A stretch of DNA of 57,861 nt, taken from the NCBI GenBank assembly GCA_964453985.1, contig CAYVQB010000001.1, positions 1 to 57,861 of the forward strand, read 5' to 3'. Position numbers and translations under genes: made by a program. Shown piece by piece: positions 28,412 through 36,186 of the stretch; the stretch's first letter is position 1, and each line of letters opens with the position of its first letter. The DNA comes from an uncultured Pseudomonadota bacterium (GTDB taxonomy: Bacteria; Babelota; Babeliae; Babelales; UASB340). The notes beneath the pieces are model-generated. The model had not been told where the DNA came from, did not search any database, and saw only the letters and a list, made by a program, of their open reading frames with translations.

Positions 28412-29752
28412 CTAAAAATGTAATTCTATTCCTAGCGAAACCTGATGAGTTTTACAAGAACCATTTCCATTAACTTGATAATCTAAAAGTGCATAAAATA
28501 CAGGGTCCATAAACCATTTATTATCTGCTTCTAAAGCGTCATATGATATTTGAAAACTTAAATAATGATCACTCCATTTAGTCAAATTTGCTTTCTCGTT
28601 TATATTTTTAGAAATATCTTCAGCAGTTAAATCTGTTCCAGAAAAACTATACCCTGGTTCTATATGTAAATAACTCTTAACTGTTGAGTCTGTGTTATTA
28701 TCGTACCATTTATCTTTATTGTGTCTTAAATATGTATAACGAAATTGGAAGTTAAATCCATCTGAAATATTTTTAGCTATAATATATGGAGAAAATTTAA
28801 AGGTCATACCCGGATCAATTTTTGTGTCTCTAATCAAAGCACTAAATATTGCAGGCTCATTGTACACAGGAATACGTATTTTACGAGTATTATTAAACTG
28901 ATGCACAAAACCAAACAAGACACCAAATATCCAATCTCTTTTAAGTTCTAATTCCGACATAGCATCAAAATAAACACCCCAATGCCCATCACCCATAAAT
29001 GACACAGAAGAGGCATAATTATAATCAGATTTAGTTCCCGTTGGGCATAAAACACCTAATTGAAAAACCAAATTAATTGAACGCATCAAAAGTGTATAAT
29101 CCCAATTCAAATCTAATTTAGCGTGCAAATCCAGATCACCGATACCTGTTTTTGACCAATCACCACCATTAATGCCTAAATCTTCATTTACATTTCTTCT
29201 AATACGATCAAGCTGCTCAATCTCACCATCTTTTAAATTACTCAAAGCAGAATCTGAATCACCAGATAAAAATGTAAAATGGTCACTGGCATTAACATGC
29301 ATCACTGGTAAAAAAGCACCAAATGATAATCCGTATTTTAAATATTGCTCATAAGGAATTAATAAACCTTTCCCCTTAAGCTTGCCATCAACTTTGTATC
29401 TAATTGACTTATTGATCCAGTTATCTTCCGGACCACGCTCTGTCTTAATAGGATTTACAAACGTTGCATTAGTCTTCTCTAAACTGCTTATAATATCATT
29501 CAAATCATAAAAACCCCAAAGCTCCGGGATTCCAGTGTCGCCACCACCACGTTTAAAAGCGCCAGAAGCTTTCGCGAAGAAGAGTGCGGGGGAAACATGA
29601 GATTTTTCATCTAATATATATTCTGACGATAGTCTCTCTAAAAATGGAAAATACCTACTGACATTTCGAGTACCAAAAATAAATGTATTTGAAGACACAC
29701 TGAGAACTAGAAGAATTACTACTCGTTTAAAATTACAATTTAATCGGCTCAT
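28412..29752 (-). CDS. Putative outer-membrane beta-barrel protein
   Basis: Signal peptide, GIGDLDL motif, alternating strands, C-terminal SLGIELHF (terminal Phe). Confidence 0.5.
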   Translation of the reverse strand: MSRLNCNFKRVVILLVLSVSSNTFIFGTRNVSRYFPFLERLSSEYILDEKSHVSPALFFAKASGAFKRGGGDTGIPELWGFYDLNDIISSLEKTNATFVNPIKTERGPEDNWINKSIRYKVDGKLKGKGLLIPYEQYLKYGLSFGAFLPVMHVNASDHFTFLSGDSDSALSNLKDGEIEQLDRIRRNVNEDLGINGGDWSKTGIGDLDLHAKLDLNWDYTLLMRSINLVFQLGVLCPTGTKSDYNYASSVSFMGDGHWGVYFDAMSELELKRDWIFGVLFGFVHQFNNTRKIRIPVYNEPAIFSALIRDTKIDPGMTFKFSPYIIAKNISDGFNFQFRYTYLRHNKDKWYDNNTDSTVKSYLHIEPGYSFSGTDLTAEDISKNINEKANLTKWSDHYLSFQISYDALEADNKWFMDPVFYALLDYQVNGNGSCKTHQVSLGIELHF

Positions 29753-29937
29753 AAACCCATACCATTATTTCTTTTAAATTATTTACTACCTAAATGCAAG
29801 CACTGAGCTTACTGCAATTTAAGTTTTCGTCAAGACACAAAACCTAAACCAATTTGGAAAAAAATGACACTTAGGTTATTCTAAAGTAATTGGCTTACAT
29901 GAGAAAGAATAACCATAAAAATTCAGAAAGTAAAAAA

Positions 29938-30702
29938 ATGAATAAACATTATATTTTTGCTGCTAATTGGAAAATGAATTTAGACATCGACCAAGAGCTA
30001 AATTATGTGAGTTCTAATTATGATCAACTCATAAGCTTAAGCGAGAATATTAATACCTCAATAATATTATGTCCGTCTTTTGTTAGCCTTTATCCAATAA
30101 ATAAAATATTTCAAGACAGTAACATAAGTATTGGAGCTCAAGATTGCTCAAATCATACAAAAGGCTCTTTCACTGGACAAGTCTCAGCAATAAGCCTACA
30201 TAATGTAGGCTGCCAATATTGCCTTATTGGTCACAGCGAAAGACGACAACATGCAAATGAAACAAACCAAAAGATTAGTCAAAAATTCTCTCAACTAGTC
30301 AACCATAAAGTTTCTCCAATATTATGCATAGGTGAAACATCAGAAGAACATAAACAACAGAGTACCATCGCCATATTAACACAACAATTACAAGAGATTT
30401 TTAATCTAATTAAATCAGGCTTAATAATTCCTAACCATATGTCCATAATAATAGCCTATGAACCAATATGGTCCATAGGAACGGGAAATACCCCCTCCAT
30501 AGATCATCTGGAAAACATTTTCGCCTGGTTATTAGATAAAACTGAAAAAATTGCTCCAAATATTAATTGGAAATTCTTATATGGAGGCAGTATAAACTCC
30601 AAAAACTCAAAAAAATTAAAAACTATTAACAATTTGGATGGCTTTTTAATAGGAAAAGCAAGCTTAGACTTTGCAGAACTTGAAAAAATAGTTAAATTAT
30701 AG
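29938..30702 (+). CDS. tpiA: Triosephosphate isomerase
   Basis: AANWKMN, GHSERR, AYEPIWSIGTG. ATG 29938 is preferred over the TTG at 29890. Confidence 0.9.
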   Translation: MNKHYIFAANWKMNLDIDQELNYVSSNYDQLISLSENINTSIILCPSFVSLYPINKIFQDSNISIGAQDCSNHTKGSFTGQVSAISLHNVGCQYCLIGHSERRQHANETNQKISQKFSQLVNHKVSPILCIGETSEEHKQQSTIAILTQQLQEIFNLIKSGLIIPNHMSIIIAYEPIWSIGTGNTPSIDHLENIFAWLLDKTEKIAPNINWKFLYGGSINSKNSKKLKTINNLDGFLIGKASLDFAELEKIVKL

Positions 30703-30758
30703 AAGATTAGATATAATTATAGTTTGATAGGTATATATAAATTTAGGAGCAAATAAAG

Positions 30759-31073
30759 ATGATAGTTACATTGCTAATGGTTTTTTTCATTGTCATATGT
30801 TTTGTTTTAATCTTATCCGTGTTATTACAACAGGGTAAAGGCGATATGGGTCTTGGAGGACTAGGAGGAGGAAGTCAAATGTTATTCGGTGGTTCCGGAG
30901 GCCAAGAAATATTTGAAAGGGCCACCTGGGTCATGGGTGCTATTTTTATTATAGGAGCTCTTGGGCTTGCAATCTTAAAATCTAAACATACAGAAAAAAC
31001 CAGATTTAAAACAACAACAACCTCATCAAGACAAATACCTGCACCACAGCCAAAAGGGCCTGTTTCTAAATAA
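30759..31073 (+). CDS. secG: Preprotein translocase subunit SecG
   Basis: TM1 followed by LLQQGKGDMG...GGS..LFG and a second TM; conserved tpiA-secG adjacency. Confidence 0.8.
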   Translation: MIVTLLMVFFIVICFVLILSVLLQQGKGDMGLGGLGGGSQMLFGGSGGQEIFERATWVMGAIFIIGALGLAILKSKHTEKTRFKTTTTSSRQIPAPQPKGPVSK

Positions 31074-31100
31074 CAAACAATTAAACTAAAAGTTGAGAAA

Positions 31101-31898
31101 GTGAAAGAAGCTAATAATAATTCATTTTTTATAAAGCTTTTTGACTTTGTAGGTAATACTGTACTAGCATTTTGTACAGGCATAGGTAATATCGGGTTGT
31201 TTTTTTACGATTCAATGTCCACTATGTTTGCCACCAAACCAAAAACTCAAAAAATATTTTACCAAATGTCCTTCATAGGAGTAAACTCCTTGGGCGTTAT
31301 TGCTTTGGTAGGTATAACTATTGGTGCAGTGCTGGCAGTACAAAGTCATATAGGTCTTCATCGCTTTGGAGCGCAACGGTTTATAGGACCAATTGTATTC
31401 ATATCAATGGTAAGAGAATTTGGACCAGTGCTAACGGCAATAATGGTAATAGGTCGAGCCGGCTCTGCTATGACAGCAGAAATAGGCACCATGCGTATAA
31501 CAGAACAAATTGATGCGTTGCAAACTTTATGTATCAATGTAAAACAATATCTAGTTATTCCAAGATTAATTGCATCTACTTTCATATTACCTTTTCTTTC
31601 TATTTTTTGTTCTCTTTGCGGCATAGCAGCTGGATACTTTGTTTCCGTATATATTTTAAATATCAACTCAGAAATGTATATGGAGTCTATCAGAGAAAAT
31701 GTAGTTTTTTCTGATATTACAAACGGTTTAGTAAAGTCTATTTTCTTTGGACTTTTATTGTCTTTAATTTGTAGTTATAAAGGTTTTATAACAAAAGGAG
31801 GAGCTAAGGGAGTGGGCATAGCAACAACCCAAGGCGTTGTGTACGCTAACGTAACGATATTTGTGGCTGACTATATACTTACCTCACTTATGTTCTAA
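31101..31898 (+). CDS. mlaE: Mla-type ABC transporter permease
   Basis: REFGPVLTAIMVIGRAGSAMTAEIGTMRITEQIDAL matches the MlaE signature. GTG start. Confidence 0.85.
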   Translation: MKEANNNSFFIKLFDFVGNTVLAFCTGIGNIGLFFYDSMSTMFATKPKTQKIFYQMSFIGVNSLGVIALVGITIGAVLAVQSHIGLHRFGAQRFIGPIVFISMVREFGPVLTAIMVIGRAGSAMTAEIGTMRITEQIDALQTLCINVKQYLVIPRLIASTFILPFLSIFCSLCGIAAGYFVSVYILNINSEMYMESIRENVVFSDITNGLVKSIFFGLLLSLICSYKGFITKGGAKGVGIATTQGVVYANVTIFVADYILTSLMF

Positions 31899-31913
31899 AA
31901 TATTAGTTTTAAA

Positions 31914-32657
31914 ATGATAGAAATAAAAGATTTGAGAAAGGCCTTTGGCCCCAAAAAAATCATCCGTGGACTCGATCTAGATATCCCTGACCACGACTTT
32001 TTAGCAATTATAGGACGATCAGGGGAAGGAAAATCTGTTTTACTAAAAGAGATTATTGGCTTAATAAAGCCCGATTCAGGTGAAGTAATAATAGATGGCA
32101 TCGACGTAACAAAACTCAAAAAAAATCAAGCTCAAGAAATCTACAAAAAATGTGGTTATGTTTTTCAGTTTGCAGCACTACTAGATTCGTTGAATGTTTT
32201 TGAGAATGTAGGCATAACAATGCTAGAAAATGAAGTGCCTCCTGAAAAAGTTAGGCCGTTAGTAATTGAAAAAATAAAAAGTGTAGGGCTAAAAGAAGAA
32301 GTCCTTGATAAATATCCATCGGAATTATCTGGTGGAATGAAAAAAAGAGTTGGGCTAGCAAGAACCTTAATGTTAAGTCCTGAAATATTAATCTACGACG
32401 AACCCACTACCGGACTTGATCCTATTACTGTACGAATTATCCATGAGCTCATAAAGAAAACACAAGATGATTTTAAAGCTACTACAGTAGTTATTTCTCA
32501 CGATATTGAAATATTTAAATATGCAAAACGTGTCGCAATGCTAAATGAAGGTAAAATTGTCTATATCGGACCCGCTGATAATATATGGGAATGCGACAAC
32601 CCATACATTTATCAATTTATACGTGGGCTAGATGAAGGTCCAATAAAAGTTAAATAA
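31914..32657 (+). CDS. mlaF: Mla-type ABC transporter ATP-binding protein
   Basis: Walker A GRSGEGKS, signature LSGGMKKRVGLAR, Walker B ILIYDEPT. Confidence 0.8.
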   Translation: MIEIKDLRKAFGPKKIIRGLDLDIPDHDFLAIIGRSGEGKSVLLKEIIGLIKPDSGEVIIDGIDVTKLKKNQAQEIYKKCGYVFQFAALLDSLNVFENVGITMLENEVPPEKVRPLVIEKIKSVGLKEEVLDKYPSELSGGMKKRVGLARTLMLSPEILIYDEPTTGLDPITVRIIHELIKKTQDDFKATTVVISHDIEIFKYAKRVAMLNEGKIVYIGPADNIWECDNPYIYQFIRGLDEGPIKVK

Positions 32658-32662
32658 AATTT

Positions 32663-33946
32663 ATGAATAACTCCCCTCTCCTATTAATAGTAGATGATGA
32701 AACAACAATTTTAAAAACTCTAAAAGAAGCTCTCGAAGATGAAAAATATCAAGTCGAAACAATACAAGATGGTAATAAAGCCCTTGATGCCATAGGAAAA
32801 TTAATTCCAGACCTAGTTCTTCTTGATATATTTATGCCTAATTGTAGCGGACTAGAACTCCTAGAAAAAATAAAAAAAGAATATCCTCAACAAAGGGTAA
32901 TAATAATTTCAGGCTTTGGAAATATACCTATTGCAATACAAGCAGTAAAAAATGGAGCCTTAGATTTTATTGAAAAACCTCTCAACCTTGATGAGATTCT
33001 TTCAAAGATTAGTTTTCTAAAAGAAAAACACGTAGACTCAAAAATAAAAAATGACTCCCCTGAAAATCTAGAAGATTTTGGAATAATTGGTCAGAGCAAT
33101 TTATTTTTAGAACTAATACAACAACTTAATATGGTAAAAAAATTAACATTACCACTTCTTATCTATGGACAACATGGCACAGGCAAAGCCCTATTCGCCA
33201 AGTATATTCACGGAAGTGTCCTTCATGGCTTATGTATCCTAAATAGTGAAAGCCTAACCAGAGAAGAATCTATTAAAATTATAAACAATTTTTTCACAAA
33301 TCAAGAAGGCACTCTTTTTGTAAAAAATATAAATCAATTAGATCTTGATAGTCAGAAGAGGTTATTATTTTATTTACAAAATGATACCACCAAAAATACA
33401 AGGGTAATTGCTTCATGCTGCACACCCTTATATGAATTAGTAAAAGAAGGAAAGTTTAATAACTCTCTTTTTCATGCACTAAATTCAACTCCCTTAGAAA
33501 TACCCCCCTTAAATAAGCGTAGATATGACATACCATTATTGGTAGATTATTATCTGAAGAAATATAATCTAAGATATAATAAATCTATTATTTTAAATAT
33601 TAAAAGTGTCCGCAACCTCCGAAACCACAGTTGGCAGGCAAATGTATCAGAGTTAAAGACTGTAATTAAAAAAATAGTTATTAACACTGATCAAGAAAAC
33701 CAGGTAATCAATCCTGAAATATTAAATCTGTATTTGGACGAAAAAAGAACCCATATAATAGAGGAACAATTTTTCACAAAATTCAACTCTTTAAAAGAAG
33801 CATCTCAGGATTTTGAGAAAAACTTTCTAACTTTCTTACTAAAAAAAAATCATTTCGATATAAAACAAGTATCAAACCGATTAAATTTAACTCCTATTCA
33901 ATTACGTGATAAAATACTAAAGTTAGATTTAGAGATTAAAATTTAA
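32663..33946 (+). CDS. NtrC-family-like response regulator with a degenerate sigma54-interaction AAA+ domain and a Fis-type HTH
   Basis: Receiver domain (LLIVDDE...DLVLLDIFMP...KP), Walker A GQHGTGKA, PPLNKRRYDIPLL and WQANVSEL blocks. However, no GAFTGA loop, and Walker B DE is replaced (GTLFVKNINQL). Confidence 0.7.
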   Translation: MNNSPLLLIVDDETTILKTLKEALEDEKYQVETIQDGNKALDAIGKLIPDLVLLDIFMPNCSGLELLEKIKKEYPQQRVIIISGFGNIPIAIQAVKNGALDFIEKPLNLDEILSKISFLKEKHVDSKIKNDSPENLEDFGIIGQSNLFLELIQQLNMVKKLTLPLLIYGQHGTGKALFAKYIHGSVLHGLCILNSESLTREESIKIINNFFTNQEGTLFVKNINQLDLDSQKRLLFYLQNDTTKNTRVIASCCTPLYELVKEGKFNNSLFHALNSTPLEIPPLNKRRYDIPLLVDYYLKKYNLRYNKSIILNIKSVRNLRNHSWQANVSELKTVIKKIVINTDQENQVINPEILNLYLDEKRTHIIEEQFFTKFNSLKEASQDFEKNFLTFLLKKNHFDIKQVSNRLNLTPIQLRDKILKLDLEIKI

Positions 33947-33967
33947 AATAAAAAATATGGGGTTGAT

Positions 33968-34954
33968 ATGCAAAATTTACCATCTCAAGATATAACCGAA
34001 AAAATCAAAGATCAAAGTATTGAATGGCAAAAATTAAGAGACGAAATTAAAAAAGGAATCGTTGGGCAAGAACATATAGTTGATCGAACTTTTATAGGGT
34101 TACTATGTAATGGTCACATTTTATTAGAAGGTGTGCCAGGACTTGCAAAAACAACTTTAATAAAAACAATATCAGAAGCTATCGGATTAAATTACCAGAG
34201 AATTCAATTTACACCTGATTTATTACCTGCAGATTTAATAGGAACTCTTATATATAACCCTAAAACACAAGAGTTTCAGACAAAAAAAGGTCCCATATTT
34301 TCAAACCTAATTTTAGCAGATGAGATAAACAGGGCACCAGCAAAAGTACAATCAGCATTACTTGAAGCCATGCAAGAACAACAAGTTACAATTGGTTCTG
34401 AAAGCTATAAATTAGAAAAACCATTTTTGGTATTGGCTACCCAAAACCCTATTGAACAAGAGGGAACATATCGCCTACCTGAAGCTCAAGTAGATAGATT
34501 TATGTTCAAACTTATTATGACATATCCCTCTTATGAACAAGAAAGAGAGATCATAAATAAAGTCTTTAATCCAATACCAATTCACAAAACAATGAATACC
34601 GAACAAATCACCATAGGGCAAAAACTGGTAAATCAAATTTATGTGGATGAAAAAGTTACTGAATATTTATTAAATATAGTCTTTGCAACAAGATCCCCAG
34701 AAAATTATAACCTGAATGACCTTGAAGGGCTTATAGAATATGGCGGCTCACCAAGAGCTACATTGATGTTGGATTATGCTTCTCGCGCATATGCTTTCTT
34801 GAAAAAGAGACATTTTGTAATTCCTGACGACATAAAAGCCATTGCCCCTGATGTCTTAAGACACAGGATACTACTGACTTATCAGGCAGAAGCTGAAAAT
34901 ATTACAACGGATCAAATTATACAAAAAATATTGCAAACTATACCCTCGCCTTGA
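33968..34954 (+). CDS. MoxR-family AAA+ ATPase
   Basis: LLEGVPGLAKT Walker A, ILADEINRAPAKVQSALLEAMQE Walker B/sensor block, ATQNPIEQEGTYRLPEAQVDRF. Confidence 0.85.
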   Translation: MQNLPSQDITEKIKDQSIEWQKLRDEIKKGIVGQEHIVDRTFIGLLCNGHILLEGVPGLAKTTLIKTISEAIGLNYQRIQFTPDLLPADLIGTLIYNPKTQEFQTKKGPIFSNLILADEINRAPAKVQSALLEAMQEQQVTIGSESYKLEKPFLVLATQNPIEQEGTYRLPEAQVDRFMFKLIMTYPSYEQEREIINKVFNPIPIHKTMNTEQITIGQKLVNQIYVDEKVTEYLLNIVFATRSPENYNLNDLEGLIEYGGSPRATLMLDYASRAYAFLKKRHFVIPDDIKAIAPDVLRHRILLTYQAEAENITTDQIIQKILQTIPSP

Positions 34955-34987
34955 AGTTATATAAAAAAAGAGCAAGAATATATTTAC

Positions 34988-35017
34988 TTGACAATTATGC
35001 AAGCGGAAAACTATCTT
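34988..35017 (+). promoter_or_regulatory. Candidate sigma70-type promoter ahead of the gspC-like gene
   Basis: TTGACA (34988-34993), an 18-nt spacer, TATCTT (35012-35017), then TAAGG Shine-Dalgarno and ATG 35047. Confidence 0.3.
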
Positions 35018-35046
35018 CATAGTTTATAAATAAGGTGTTTTTGAAC

Positions 35047-36180
35047 ATGAAGCAAAAATTATGGATTTTAAATAGCAGTTTATTAGCAATCTTTTTAATG
35101 GTATTGCTAATAAATAACTTTTTGGAGCAAGAGCCTCCAAAAATAAGAATAAACCCAAAGCCGACTGGCGAAGTTCAAAAAAAAAAACCAGTTGTATTAA
35201 ATATAGAAAGAATCTATAAATTAGATATCTTTGGAACATTTTCTGATTCCATATCGCCTGTAGCGCAACAAAGCTTTGTAACGCCTATACCAGAGCCTCA
35301 AAAACCTACTATAATACCTCCTCCCGAACCTAAAAAACAGGAATTTATAGCACCTTTAAATATATCATTAAAAGGAATCATATATTCATCCCAAGAAACA
35401 AATAGCGTTGCAATGTTTGAGGATGAAACTAAAAAAGAACATATATATCACTCTGGTGATAAAATAAAAGACGGGCAGGTCTTAAGAGTTGGAAGAAATA
35501 AAGTAATAGTCTTACGATCTAATGGACAAGAAGAAATATTTCTTTTAAGAAAAGATGATCTTGTGTTGGGGGAACAATCACAACAACCTCAAAAACCTGA
35601 CGAGAAATGGAAATATACCATAAAGAAAATCGATGATAAAAATTATGAATTAGATATTAAGCAATTTGCTAAAAACACACCATCTCTTGCAAAATTCATG
35701 GAAAACCTAAATATTGCTACAGCCTACCAAGATGGACAAACCGTTGGAATAAAAATTGGAGCAATAGAACCGGATGAAGTAGGCACCGTGATGGGCCTAA
35801 AACCTAGCGATATAATCACATCTATAAATAATGTTGATACAAAAAGCCTAAAAAATAGAATAAAAATTTATGATGCTATCACAAGAACGAAAAAGAAAGA
35901 TATAATAAAGGTCGCCTTAAAAAGAGACAGCCAAGATTTAATGTTAAATTATAAAATTTCCAAACTAGAGCCAAAGAAAGCGTCTTTCTTACAGTCAACA
36001 AAAGAGGGTGCTCAAACATCTGGAATGTTTAAATTAAGCCCTGAACAAGAAAGAGAAAAAAGGCTACAAGAGTTTAAGAAATACCATAGAAGCCCAAGGC
36101 AACAACAGGCAATTTCCGACGTAAGACAAAGATTTCTTGATAATTTAAGATCTAGAACAAGAAACAGAAGGGTACGGTAA
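35047..36180 (+). CDS. gspC: Type II secretion GspC-like protein (N-terminal TM, HR-like domain, PDZ-like domain, basic tail)
   Basis: TM LWILNSSLLAIFLMVLLI. HR-like LKGIIYSSQETNSVAMFEDETKKEHIYHSGDKIKDGQVLRVGRNKVIVLRSNGQEE. PDZ-like GIKIGAIEPDEVGTVMGLKPSDIITSINN. Lies immediately upstream of a secretin. Confidence 0.55.
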   Translation: MKQKLWILNSSLLAIFLMVLLINNFLEQEPPKIRINPKPTGEVQKKKPVVLNIERIYKLDIFGTFSDSISPVAQQSFVTPIPEPQKPTIIPPPEPKKQEFIAPLNISLKGIIYSSQETNSVAMFEDETKKEHIYHSGDKIKDGQVLRVGRNKVIVLRSNGQEEIFLLRKDDLVLGEQSQQPQKPDEKWKYTIKKIDDKNYELDIKQFAKNTPSLAKFMENLNIATAYQDGQTVGIKIGAIEPDEVGTVMGLKPSDIITSINNVDTKSLKNRIKIYDAITRTKKKDIIKVALKRDSQDLMLNYKISKLEPKKASFLQSTKEGAQTSGMFKLSPEQEREKRLQEFKKYHRSPRQQQAISDVRQRFLDNLRSRTRNRRVR

Positions 36181-36186
36181 GGGACT

